Part shown: piece by piece, positions 25,946 through 38,135 of the stretch
Layout of the letters: every line of letters begins with the position of its first letter
How positions within the stretch are numbered: position 1 is the stretch's first letter
From: Felis catus
Taxonomy: Eukaryota
Length of the DNA stretch: 64,000 nucleotides
NCBI RefSeq assembly: GCF_018350175.1
Contig: NC_058368.1
Location: forward strand, 201,812,001-201,876,000
Reading direction: 5' to 3'
Notes under the pieces: model-generated
What the model saw: the letters and a program-made list of their open reading frames with translations, nothing else
Database searches by the model: none
What the model was told of the DNA's origin: nothing
Program-made: the position numbers and the translations under genes

Positions 25946-26435
25946 ACAAATGGTCTCTCACTCACAATGGTTCTACTTACAATTTTGGGGCTTTACAATG
26001 GTGCCAAAGTGATGAGCATTCAGTAGAAACCATACTTGGAATTTTGAACGTGGATCTTTTCCCAGGCTCACCATATGCAGAACGATATTCTCTCGTGATG
26101 CCTGGGCAGTAACAGTGAGCCTGCAAGTCCCAGTTAGCCATGCGATCATCTGGGTAAACAACCAATACTTACAACCATCTGTCCTCATTCTGCTTTTCAC
26201 TTTCAGTACAGACAGTATCCAATAAATTACAGAAGATACTTTATTAAAAATAGAGCATTGTGTTAGATGATTTTGGCCAACTATAGGCTAATGTATGTGT
26301 TCTGAGCACATTTAAGGTAGGCAAGTTAATGATGTTCAGCAGGCTAGGTGCATTAAATGCATTTCAACTTACAATATTTTCAATTCATGATGGGTTTGTT
26401 GGGATGTAATCCCACTATAAACTGAGTGTGATCTG
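25946..26435 (-). mobile_element. Tigger5/MER47-type non-autonomous DNA transposon
   Basis: Flanked by TA at both ends (ta-caaatggtc.. and ..gatctg-ta); diagnostic cattcagtagaaacc and gtgttctgagcacatttaaggtaggc. Confidence 0.85.
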
Positions 26436-27363
26436 TACATAAAATAAGAAGAAAATATTTTAGTATTTTCAAAAGGAAAATAATAAAAAATTAAGAAAGA
26501 ACCCTGGAAATAAAAACAATATACTAGCAATTAAAATTCAACAAAAGCGCCGGAAGATCAAATTGAGGAAACCTTGAAATGGCAGAATAAAGAGATAAAG
26601 ACAAGGAAAAGATGAAAACACAGAAACACAGAGGCTCATTAAAAAAAGGAGTTGAAGGAGGTGAAGAAATATTATCAAAAACATAAGACAAAACAATTTC
26701 CTAGGAAAAAAAGGGGGCCTCCACATTAAAAACACTGGCTGTGAATTCCAAGTCAGTTTGTTTTTTTTTTTTTTAAGTCTACTCCTAACCACATCATTGG
26801 TAATTTCTAAACTTTAAGGGTAAAGAAAGTTCTGAAAAGCTTCCAGAAAGATACAAAGGCAGGTTACATCTGAAGAAATTACAATCAGGAAGATACTGAA
26901 TTACACAAATTCAGTGTTACAGTGGCACTGTAACACTATGGAGCAATGTCCACAAAATTATGAGGACCAGTGAGTTCTAAGCCAGAATTCCATATCTTCT
27001 AAATCTATCAATTAAAATGAGGATCAAATCAAGTTATTTTAGACATTCCCAGACTCAAGAAAATGACTTTCAACAAAAACTTTTTCTGGCAGCTGAAAGA
27101 ATATATGTCCTAAAATAACATATCAAATCTACAGAGAATATAGGTCAGACTCAAGAAAAAAGGAGGCCTCAAGAAAAGACAGGAAGTGGGAAGGGATAAG
27201 TCACTGATAATTTATTTGATGTTTTTGACCATTTGGGAAAATTACTGACAGCCATGACAAATGTTCTAAAATAGTTTTTTAAAAAAATAATTGATATATA
27301 GTCAAATAAAAGCTAGTGGAAAAAAATTCACAGGCAATTTTTAACTCTAGGAAAAATAAAAAA

Positions 27364-27457
27364 TTGTTATATAGTTATATACATATATATATATATATAC
27401 TATATATAGTTATATATATAGTATATAACTATATATATATATATATATATATAGTTA
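27364..27457. repeat. Compound (TA)n tract
   Basis: TA repeat with gtta/taac interruptions. Confidence 0.95.
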
Positions 27458-28738
27458 CAATGATACAGTCACTGTAAATATAATGTTGATTATTCATGCA
27501 ACCAAAAATTGTGAAATGGCTATATTGAGATTATAGGGTAAAGAGATAAAAGAGAGATAAATACTAATATAACATGTATTCAACAAAAACTGTCTAAAAT
27601 TGATAAATCCATAAAGAGCAGTTAAAGTGAATTATTTTAAAATATAGTAAACATATTGATCATAAACTCATACTGTCTGATTTTGTAATTAAATATGCAT
27701 TTACTTCCATGAATATAGAGTTTTAAGAAAACTCCCCACTGATACCAAAAAGAGATAAGAGCAAAGAAAAGCAGGATAAAACCACCATTCATTCAAATCC
27801 AAAAGAAGCAGTCAAAAGACTGCTTTCAGAAGACAATCTTGGCAAGTAGTATGGTGTCTACACTTGGCTACTGTTCCCTGAAAAGCAGTAGAATATGTCC
27901 CCTAATCAATCAGTCAATCAATCAATCTCTCTTGCTCTCCAAGAATACATTCCAAAGATCAAGTTTTAAAATCATTCAAATATTATATTCAGACATTAAG
28001 TAGGTTTTTGATGAATTTTAATCAAGAATTTTAATCAAACCTTCAGCAATTACTGCATTGTTTTTGAGAAAAAAATATGCATTCTAACGAGCTGTTAAGT
28101 CTAATTATTGCGGTGAAATGAGCATCAAAAAATCTAAATTTAAAACACTGCAAAAAATACAAAAACACACTAAGAGCATCATCAAATGAACAACAACTGT
28201 AACTTCTATATATCAAAGAAAGTTTCTTTCCTGCAGGATTTGGGCCATGGGAGGTAAATACTGACTACTCATATATTTATGTTAATTGAATGATGAATTA
28301 TGTACTCTAAGGCACATGCTTACATTATACATAAACGACAATTTACACTGATGCCTGGTTGACAAGTGTCTGATTTATTAAATCAATAAATGCTCTTATA
28401 AATGTGTATAAAGAGATTTTATATATCCCTTCACAAAGAACATACTGACTTAGTGAACTACATAAATACATGCAAATCTAACACTTAGAAAAGACTACCC
28501 AGTAAAAAAAGTAGCTATATAGATTTCTGTGTAAATTATGAAGCCCTTGAGTAATGATTTCATAAGTAAGACATATGCATTCCAGTATATGGAAACTGCA
28601 GAAATCAATCACTCTATGCTACTGGGAGCACAATGGACTACTAAAATATGAATTAGGAAATGTTCAGATTAACCACATTTTATTTAAATAAAAGCACTCT
28701 GAAAGCATAAAGCATTTGACAAAATGGAAAGTACTGAT

Positions 28739-28958
28739 GGGCGCGCCTGGGTGGCTCAGTCGGTTGAGCGTCCAACTTTGGCTTAGGTCATGATCTCACG
28801 GTTTGTGATTTCCAGCCCCGAGTCAGGCTCTGTGCTGACAGTTCAGAGCCTGGAGCCTGCCTCGGATTTTGTGTCTCCTCCTCTCTCTGCCCCTCCCCTG
28901 CTCATGCTCTGTCTCTCTGTCTCTCAATAATAAATAAACGTTAAAAAAAATTTTTTTT
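28739..28958 (+). mobile_element. Can-SINE (SINEC_Fc)
   Basis: Canonical; TSD aagta(c/t)tgatg. Confidence 0.96.
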
Positions 28959-29452
28959 AAGTATTGATGTTTTTCCTTATTATCGCATCCATTTATTGCG
29001 GGTACAGTTCTGAGCTCTGAATTAAGGATTTGTGTTTGTGTGACTTTACTACAGCAGGTTATTGTTTCTACATAGAAATTGGAGAGATTAACTACTCAAG
29101 ATCATGAGGAGCCTATATTCAAACTGAAACTTTTCGACTCGAAACCCTGGTCCTAACCACTGAAATTATCAAGCAGGTTTGTTTCTGACATTAACCACCA
29201 CAAGAAGTTTACAATCAAAAGACTCCAGACATAACCAAATGGGATAGGAAGAGGATTAAAAGATTTTTCAGGGAAATAAAAATTGATACCAGACATGAAA
29301 AGTTTTCCATCCCACAAACCAACTATTCAGAACAAAATTTCTAAAGATAATTAAGAAAATACTTAAAACCAATAAAAGATATGTAAAATAACATAAAACT
29401 TCACAGAAATAAAGTTTTAAACTTTCAACAAACTTAAGAAATGTTCCAACTT

Positions 29453-29658
29453 GGGGTGCCTGGGTGGCTCAGTCGATTGAGCAAGTGACTCTTTGATTTA
29501 GGCTTGGGTCATGATCTCACAGGTCGAGGGATCGAGCACCTCGTCAAGCTCCTGCATGGGAGTGTGGAACCTGCTTGGGATTCTCTCTCTCCTTCTCTCT
29601 CTGCCCCTCCTTTGCTCACTCTCTCCCTCTCTCAAAACAAATAAATGAACTTGAAAAC
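29453..29658 (+). mobile_element. Can-SINE
   Basis: Canonical; TSD aaatgttccaact. Confidence 0.95.
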
Positions 29659-29726
29659 AAATGTTCCAACTCAGTAATAATTAGTATATGCAAATTAAAA
29701 TAACAATAGGATATGATTTAACACTC

Positions 29727-29920
29727 TTTTTTTTTTATTTTTCTTTTGAGAGAGAGAGAGACAGAGAGAGAGAGAGAGCACAAATGGGAGGGGGAGAGAG
29801 GCAGAGGGGAAAGAGAGAATCTTAAGCCCTATGCACAGCTCGATCTCACAACTGTTAGATCATGACCTGAGCTGAAATCAAAAGTCGGCTGCCTAACTGA
29901 CTGAGCCACTCAGGCACCTC
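29727..29920 (-). mobile_element. Can-SINE
   Basis: Reverse-complement SINE with (GA)n and an internal deletion. Confidence 0.92.
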
Positions 29921-30250
29921 AACACTATAATATTGATATGGACTTTAAAATGTAACATAAACTACTGGCAAGAGTGAGGGAAATGGTGACTTTCATTCTA
30001 CCTGAAGTATAAATTAAATACAACCAATATAGAAAGCAATTTTTGAGTATCAGCCAATCTTAACCCAACAATTCCACTTTTAAAATATACCCAAGAGAGA
30101 ATCTAGTTCAAGTATATAAAGAGACATACAAAGATGCTCAATAAAATTAATACCTTTACTAATCTGAAACAACCACATGACACTGGAATACAATAATTCC
30201 ACTACAACAAAATTGATATAGGGTAATCCAAGGGTTTAAAAGTAAATATA

Positions 30251-30452
30251 GGGGCGCCTGGGTGGCTCAGTCGGCTAAGCATCCGACTTCGGCTCAGGTC
30301 CTGGTCTCACAGTTCATGGGTTCGAACCCCAGTCAGGCTATGTGCTGACAGCTTGGAGCCTGAAGTCTGCTTCGAATTCTGTCTCCCTCTCTCTCTGTCC
30401 ACTCTCTGCTTGTGCTCTGTCTCTCAAAAATAAATAAACATTGAATTTTTTT
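30251..30452 (+). mobile_element. Can-SINE (SINEC_Fc)
   Basis: Canonical head, body and tail. Confidence 0.95.
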
Positions 30453-30813
30453 TAAAATAAATATATATTATGTCTTCTGGAAAAGAAATTTCTGGTATGC
30501 TGTAATCAAAATATATGTGTAAAGTGAATAATTCAGGGTCTTCATTCTGAACATAAAATTATTTATTAATGATTTTCTTCAAATAACACACTTCTTCAGC
30601 ACTTTGAAACACATCCAATATTAAAGAATTCTTTTACTTACATGCAGTGAACACGTGACAATATGGCTAACAATCCCAAATTTATCTGTTCTACCAAATA
30701 TCAGTGGTCTTGAACGAATAAAGATTCTAAATCTAAACTAAAAATAAAGAAGTTAAAAGTGTTTTTACACTTTCTGAGCCCAAACCACAAACAAGTGTAT
30801 CTTGAAGATTTAA

Positions 30814-30997
30814 TTATTTGTTTGCTTATTTATTTATTTAATTTCAGAGAGAGGGAGAGCGCATGCACGTGTGCAAGCATATTAAGCAGGCTCCATGCTC
30901 AGCGTGGAGCCCAACTCGGGGCTCGATCCCACAACCTGGGATCATGACCTGAGCCGAAATCAAGAGTCAGATGCTCAACTGAGCCATCCAGGTGCCC
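30814..30997 (-). mobile_element. Can-SINE
   Basis: Reverse complement; TSD atctt(g/a)aagatttaa. Confidence 0.93.
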
Positions 30998-31028
30998 AAT
31001 CTTAAAGATTTAAAATTCAATGAATCTT

Positions 31029-31238
31029 GGGGCACCTGGGTGGTTTAGTCGGTTGACTGTCCAACTCTTGAATTCTGCTCACTCAGGTCATGATCCCAGG
31101 TCACGGGAAGCAGCTCCACGCTGGGCTCTGAGCTGAATGCGGAGCTTGCTCAAGATTCTCTCTTTCTCCCTCTGCCCCTCTCCCTCACTCACACAAACTC
31201 TTTCCTTCTAAAAAAATAAAAAATAAAAATAAATGAAA
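31029..31238 (+). mobile_element. Can-SINE
   Basis: Perfect 18-bp TSD taaaattcaatgaatctt. Confidence 0.95.
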
Positions 31239-31382
31239 TAAAATTCAATGAATCTTAAAAATTTCAACATTCCAAAAATACTTGTCTAACCTAAACTCCT
31301 ACAACCATCCTCTCAAATCTTTTTTTCAGAACCTAACAGTGCGCTTCACTTATATTTACCAAACATATAAGTTCTTTGGTTT

Positions 31383-31528
31383 GGGTCACCTGGGTGGCTC
31401 AATCAGTTAAGCATCCAGCTCTTGGTTTTAGCTCAGGTCAAGATCTCATGGTTTGTGAGTTCAAGCCCTGAGTTCAAGCTCTGTGCTGTGGGATTCTCTC
31501 TCCCTCTCTCTACCCCTCCCTGGCTCAT

Positions 31529-31587
<59 letters not shown>

Positions 31588-31610
31588 ATAAATAAACTTC
31601 AAAAAATTAA
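31383..31610 (+). mobile_element. Can-SINE with expanded (CT)n
   Basis: Head, duplicated tgagttcaagc, long (CT)n, aaaataaataaa tail. Confidence 0.93.
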
Positions 31611-31719
31611 TAAGAAGCTCTTCAGTTCCCAGTGCCGTTGTAAATGCTCTTCACTTAAATGCTTTTTTCTAATCCTCCTAATTGGGTCCACCCACTTCAT
31701 CTTCCAGAATCTTTTTTTG

Positions 31720-31970
31720 TCCAACATTTCCAAACTTTTGACATTTCCCAACAACCTGCAGACCTCTTGTCTCTGTGATAGCTTCTCCATTCTTTTACTT
31801 CAGTAATCTTTATCTTAGATCTATGTGTTTACCTGTTGTTTTTCTTTAATCAGACCATCAATTTTTTAAAAGCAAAGTTGCTATGTCTATTTATCCTTGA
31901 AATCACTGTTACATAGACAATTATACTTAGGAGAAATGCACATGTTGGTTGACTAAATGAATATCATGCT
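31720..31970 (+). mobile_element. L2 3' fragment
   Basis: Degraded L2 end finishing tgttggttgactaaatgaat. Confidence 0.45.
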
Positions 31971-32258
31971 TAATGAATGCAAAGGTGGGAGAAATGAACG
32001 CATAGTTTTAGGAAATTTAACAGTCACCTATCCTAGATAATGGTGAAATCATAAAGATAAGTTCACCGTGACGGGTTTATATTTGAAACATAGGTTAATT
32101 TATTATTATCATCATCATTATCATTACTTTATTGCTACTATTATTACCTCTGGTTTGAATAATCACTCTATTTCAATTTGAAATTATTGTAACACCTACA
32201 GGAGCAAGCTGTTCTGCTCATCAGCAACCTAAAGAGTTGTAACAATAACCTGGATTCA

Positions 32259-32703
32259 GGGGCTCCTGGGTGGCTCAGTCGGTTAAGCATCCATCCAACT
32301 CTTGATTTCGGCTCAGGTCATGATCTCACGGTTCGTGAGTTCGAGCCCTGAATGGGGCTCTGCACTGGTAGCATACAGCCTGCTTGGGATTCTCTCTCTC
32401 TTTCTCTCTCTAAAAATAAATAAGTAAAGGGGCGCCTGGGTGGCGCAGTCGGTTAAGCGTCCGACTTCAGCCAGGTCACGATCTCGCAGTCCGTGAGTTC
32501 GAGCCCCGCGTCAGGCTCTGGGCTGATGGCTCGGAGCCTGGAGCCTGTTTCCGATTCTGTGTCTCCCTCTCTCTCTGCCCCTCCCCCGTTCATGCTCTGT
32601 CTCTCTCTGTCCCAAAAATAAATAAAAAACATTGAAAAAAATTTAAAAAAAAAAAAAAAATAAAAAATAAATAAATAAATAAGTAAAAACTTTAAAAAAA
32701 GAT
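32259..32703 (+). mobile_element. Can-SINE hosting a nested SINE
   Basis: Outer TSD aataacct(g/t)gattca. Confidence 0.94.
32429..32672 (+). mobile_element. Very young Can-SINE nested in the tail of the previous SINE
   Basis: CpG-intact body, long A tail, TSD aaataaataagtaaa (32414-32428 and 32673-32687). Confidence 0.97.
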
Positions 32704-32819
32704 AATAACCTTGATTCATGAATACCGTGACTCTTCAGCTCTCAAAGGCCATATTCAATGCAAGCTGACTGACATCATCCAGCACCTGTTCTGACAGCCC
32801 TATGGTAGCAGGTAGGAGA

Positions 32820-33050
32820 GTTAGCTCGAGCCAGTCTGAAAGTTCAAATCCCTACCTGCTGCTTCCTCCTTAAGTTACCTGGGACAAGTCACTTAATTTC
32901 CCTATGTCCCAGTTTCCTGATCCATTAAATAGATATACCAGTAGTATTTCATTTAGCAGACTGCTCTCAGTATTAAATCAGTTAATATATTAAAAGTATT
33001 TAGAATGGTGCCCAACATACAGGTAGTGTTCATCAACTATTACATATCAT
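32820..33050 (+). mobile_element. MIR
   Basis: gttcaaatccc..gggacaagtcacttaatttccctatgtcccagtttcctgatc..tagaatggtgccc. Confidence 0.75.
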
Positions 33051-33139
33051 CACATTTATACTGTCTTATCTGTAAAGTTTGCATTACCAACTTTACAAGT
33101 TACCAGTAATAGTTGTCATGAAATATACTGAAATGTCTA

Positions 33140-33580
33140 TATAACAGGCAATGTTAGTTGCTTACAGTGTCCCTTCTTCGTGGAGAAAAAAAAAAAATCC
33201 TAATTTTTTTCAAGTATCCACTTCTCTTGCTTCCAAGACGTTGAGTAAAATGGCCCCATCCTTAGCTCCAAATTGGCCCAGTAAGAATGCAGGAAAAGGA
33301 TCTGAATTCCTGGTTTAAATGACAGATGTCCCCCTCACTCCTTCTGTTGAATCTGAACAAGTAAGCAAGCAAAATACCAGTTGTTAATGGCAGCCATCCT
33401 GAAAACAGGTGGAAAACCAGCCTTAGGATGAAGCCTATATAACTGGTTCCTTGATGACATCACTTAATGCCTGAGTACAGCTTACTGTAGTGCTGGTATT
33501 TCATAATAAAGTTCCTTCATATTTAAGCCAGTTGAGTCCCAGCATTTTGCTATTTGCTGTAAAAATATTGTAAGTGCAGC
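33140..33580 (+). mobile_element. MLT1K/L-like LTR
   Basis: ggcagccatcctg..ggttccttgatgacatca..aataaagttcc..tttaagccagttgagt. Confidence 0.6.
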
Positions 33581-34059
33581 AGAAGCAGTGTGTATGATGT
33601 TCCTTTGTAACACAGGTAACCCTGGCTGAGACAAGGATACCATCCCTGACGTGGTCACAACAGACAACCACCACGGTAAAGAGCATACTTTGCTTAGGAT
33701 TAATGCCCCATATGCTGGCCACTGTGTTACAATTATAAAATACTGTACCAACAAAAGACTTGTTTAGCCCCAAGAATTGGTATACAATCTGAAGAGAAAT
33801 CAGAGTATTCTTAGCCCCAAGAAGTAGGAAACAGAGCACTGACATGTCACCACTGATATAGACTACGGATCCCCAATCACATTATCAAAAAGTACTTTGT
33901 AAATCCCAGTATTATGCTGCTCAGGGCTAGCTAGAGTTATATATTATACCAATCCCAACACATTTGTGGTGCACGCTCATTTTAGTTATTGCTGAATACT
34001 TCACGTGTCAGGAAAACGTTCGCCAAGTATATATACTCTGACACCTCACAAAGTTATCG

Positions 34060-34239
34060 CACCTTAATCTTCAGTGATCTCAGGATGCTCCTGGGATTCA
34101 AGCTAAAACAGATTTCCCGGCATCACACCCAGCAAAATGGATTCAATTGTTCAGAAGTGGGACTTAGAAATCCACATTTTGCATGCACTTCAATAATTCT
34201 GATGCAGCTAAACCCTGAACCACATTGTAAGACCCACTG
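34060..34239. mobile_element. MER5-type hAT-Charlie element
   Basis: aaaacagatttcccgg..gattcaattgttcag..attctgatgcagc..ccacattgtaagacccactg. Confidence 0.6.
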
Positions 34240-35439
34240 CCTGAGATCAAATTAAAAATATATACTAAGGAAATGCAGACAAATGACAACACATAACAAG
34301 GTACGTGCAGCTACTTTATGATGACAATCGAGTCCCAGCCCTGTCCCGCTGACTCTTTGGAAACATATGCCTTTTTAGTTCCTCAGGTGGTAATCTCCAT
34401 ATGTCTTATATCTTATTTTATCACCTATACTTTCTTCTATATTGTATCTACAGAAACTCTATTATGTTTATCTTCCAATTAGTTTGCACCCTGGTGCCTT
34501 GAAATAATATACCTAGATGATCACTTTATTTCATCCATTTGTCAGTAAACGGACTCCCCTTTACCCTTCACAGCTGAGCCAGATAATACAGAAAATAGTC
34601 CCTGGTGAGGCCAGAGGCATCACCAATGTTCTTTTCATGCTTTACTTTTAAAATCACACATTCTCCTGAGCCATGATGAGACAGAGCAACTGTCTTAATC
34701 AGTGAACTATTTCTGAAAGTAATAAAGTACTTGCTTTAAAAACTTCATTTTCAATAATTTATCTCAACGTAATTACGTTTCCAATTCTTATATGGTTTAT
34801 TGCAGCTTTCCGATTTTAAAAAGAAAATGAGCCCAGTTAACTAAAAATAAGTCAGTCATCTTTATCAAATTATTATTTTTCTTTTCTCACTTGTGTCACA
34901 CATTAGGAAATGGCAATTAAATGAGAAGCAAGCTAATTAGCTATCGTGGTTGCTCTCCTATAATCAAGTGAGGCACGTAGATGCAGAAAAACTACATCTC
35001 ACTCACATGTAGAAAACCCCTCGATTTACTCTGGTGTCTAGAAACTCATCAAAGCATAAAAAAAAAAAAAAACAGAGCAAAGCTTCATTACAGTACCAGT
35101 CATGACAATAATTACAAAGTATACATTTTTCAGTTTTTAAAACAAAAATTTCTACCGAAACATTTCCACTGTGTGCATTAGTGTCAATCTGTGTGTTGAG
35201 AAGATAATCCGAATGGCAATAAAGGGACTGTACTGGCCATCTGTGGTCTGCCCGATTATAATATTGGCAATACTAAAGCTTTCACTTGCTTTAGAAGGAA
35301 GCAAGTTATCCATTAAGTAATTATAAATTTAAAAATTACACTGCTCTAAAATAATCCCACAACTCTACAAACAGATCAACAGATGCAGCATCCCCAAACC
35401 ATTTTAAAAAACAATTCTTCTTGTATTCCTATTTTAAAG

Positions 35440-35742
35440 CAGCACTGTCCCAAAGAAATAATATTACAAGCCACAGATGTAACTTTAAACTGTCATGTTA
35501 AAAAGAAAAAAAAATAGATAAAAATCCATTTTAATAATATATTTAGCCCAATATATCCAAAATAATGTCATTCCAGTATATGATCAATGGAAGATTATTT
35601 GTGAGATATTTCACATTCCTTTTATTACACTAAATCTTTGAAATTTGATGTATAGTTTATACTTTGAGCACATCTCTATTCCACTACATTTCAAGTGTTC
35701 AAAAGCCACTTCTGGCTGTTAGCTACCTTTAGAGGCGAGCAT
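35440..35742. mobile_element. MER33 (hAT-Charlie)
   Basis: cagcactgtcc..acaagccacagatgtaac..cccaatatatccaaaata..acatttcaagtgttcaaaagccac. Confidence 0.8.
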
Positions 35743-35770
35743 TTAGGGAGTAAAGATTAAAATAAAGTAA

Positions 35771-35970
35771 GGGGTGCCTGGGTGGCTCAGTTGGTTAAGT
35801 GTTTGACTCTTGATTTCGGCTCAGGTCATGATCTCTCGGTTCATGAGTTCAAGCCCCACATCAGGCTCTGCACTGACAGTGTGGAGCCTGCTTGGGATTC
35901 TCTCTCCCTCTCTCTGCCCCTCTCCTGCTCACACACACACTCTCTCTCTCTCAAAATAAATAAATAAACT
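35771..35970 (+). mobile_element. Can-SINE
   Basis: Canonical; TSD ttaaaataaagtaa. Confidence 0.96.
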
Positions 35971-36511
35971 TTAAAATAAAGTAAATGGCTCTGTGCTCAC
36001 TTAGGTTCAGGGTAGTTTTTCAAAGATGGACAAAAATAGGCAATATTTTCTGATTATGATCTGAAAAAAGACAGTTAAAATTGCCTTTTTTTTGATAGTC
36101 AGTTGGTGATCAGAATCTATATATGCCAAGGAGAATTACTGGGATATATACACATAAGAACTGGCTGCAGGAATCAATTAATATCAGATCTCCCATCTAG
36201 AATGAGAAGGACTTTGAGGTACCTGGAGTCTCAAAGGCTGAAGTAGGCCAGCCTCTTCAGCCTAAGGCAGATTTGACACCCTGTCTGTGGAATGCACCCG
36301 TAACACAACTTCTGGCTACAGGAAAAGTTTTAATGTAAGTTTAAGAGGGCAAATTAAATAAACGTTAAATAAGGTTCAAAATAACAACAACAAAATCATT
36401 TCATTCAATACATAATCAACTAAATCTTAAATCCTGCTGTATATAGTAGATACTTTCTCCCATAATTCACGTCTTAATATGGAAACTTAATGCTCAAAGA
36501 ATCAATGTTCA

Positions 36512-36606
36512 GGGGCGCCTGGCTGGCTCAGTCGGTAGAGTATGCAGTTCTTCATCTCGGGGTTGTTTGAGCCCCACGGTTGGGCACAGAGATTACTTTA
36601 AAAAAG
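36512..36606 (+). mobile_element. Short old Can-SINE (SINEC_old-like)
   Basis: ggggcgcctggctggctcagtcggtagag..gggcacagagattactttaaaa. Confidence 0.88.
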
Positions 36607-38135
36607 TGCAAAGAATAAAACTGAGGGGACCTCACATAATCTAACACAGAAACTCTCATACAAGAAAAGCCTAAGTTGTGAAATACTGAGGCGTTAATCC
36701 GTGGACATCAACAAAGTTACTGCAAATTTGTTATCTGTTATTGAAAATTCATTACAAAGTACTGTGAATTTACTCTTATCGTGACTGGATTGTTTCTCAC
36801 TGAGCTTGATCCCCAGCACTGTGATAGGGGCTGAAAACCGTAAGTGCTTTTACCATGCCAGCTTTTGGGCACATACCGTCTTAGCAAGCCACGTAATGTA
36901 CCCGGTGACATCCACCCAACCAGCTTTTAGGCTGAGTACCTGAAAGCCAACACAGCCGCTGTTGGAGAACATCCTTGCAAATGCGACCCTTCTTATCTAA
37001 GTAGCAGTGGATGGGCCATCTTCCTCCCTCTACTTCCTCACTCCCACTTTACTCAAAAAACAAACGAACTAATTCAAATGGCTTGATCTAGACTCTTCTC
37101 AGATTTCAGTATTCTAATAGGTCCGAGTCAGATGTGGAGAAAAAGTAAGAAATGTAATGAAACAATCAGATTATTTAAAAACTGGGAAGCACACATGCAG
37201 GCCGAATCAGTACAATGCCACCAATAAGGTCCTACTCTCTGAATAGTCAAGAGAGTGCTGAAGAACGCAGAATTCCAAAGATGCTGTCCAAGATAACAGT
37301 GTGTTTGACTCGGATGGCCATGGACGAGGCACTGTAAATATAAGGCTTAGGCAGTTAGTAGACTTTGAACTTCAGGATAAAATCTGGGGAAGCTGAAAAT
37401 GAGTACTATATTCCCTAGGAAGAAATTTCCTGGGCTGAAATGCAAAACCAAATAAGCTTTTCCTTATTCTACTCTTCTACTAGTCTTTGGACACTGGTCT
37501 TTTGGCAATAAAGGGAAGTCCAAGCTCTCTGAATATTTGCCACAGCCATAGTTTTGTATTCACCAAGTCCACCACTAAAACAAGCAGATTACGATTTTAA
37601 TTCATTCCCACCTTTTAATGGTTTCCAACATGAAAGATGAAGAAACCTAAGTCCATTTCTTCAGACCTGTTTTTTTACAATAAGCAAAAAAGATTGGATT
37701 CTAAAAATCAGAAGTGGGGAGAGGAGGGCTTGCCTTTTAAATCTGTTTTCCCCACCAAGAAAAATCAAGTGCTGTGAACAAGTCATGAGAACGGAGTAAG
37801 AAAGGGTGGCTTTGCACACCATGTGTGGGCCCTGCGTGGGCAGGGGGGCTGTGTAACCTGGGGTAAGTTCTTTCTCTAAATCTCAGGTTCCCCACCTATG
37901 TGACACGGAAGACTGCTCCAGCTCAGACACTGAATCTGGGACGCTTGTGCCTTCTCCCTGAGAATAAACGGGAATAGAAAAGGCAACAAATGCCTTACTT
38001 CCTCAGCACTGCAAACTCTCAAAGAGAGATGAGAGAAATGAAAAGTTGGAACCGCACTTGGAACAATGAGGGATCTAGGGATTATCTGACATGAAAGGCC
38101 AACAATATTAAAATGCCTACCACAAGCTTTTTGCC

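Larger units (their letters stand above)
25790..27650 (+). mobile_element. HAL1 / L1 ORF1-like remnant, interrupted by Tigger5
   Basis: A-rich ORF1-like blocks: gatcactagacatttgacgaaagcctcc, gaagatcaaattgaggaaa, aaaagcttccagaaaga, atggagcaatg..agaattccata; no intact frame; 3' boundary uncertain. Confidence 0.7.
29370..30200 (+). mobile_element. Old L1 (L1ME-like) fragment split by two SINEs
   Basis: aaatgttccaactc..atgcaaattaaaataacaatag, aacccaacaattccactt, gagacatacaaagatgctca. Confidence 0.6.
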
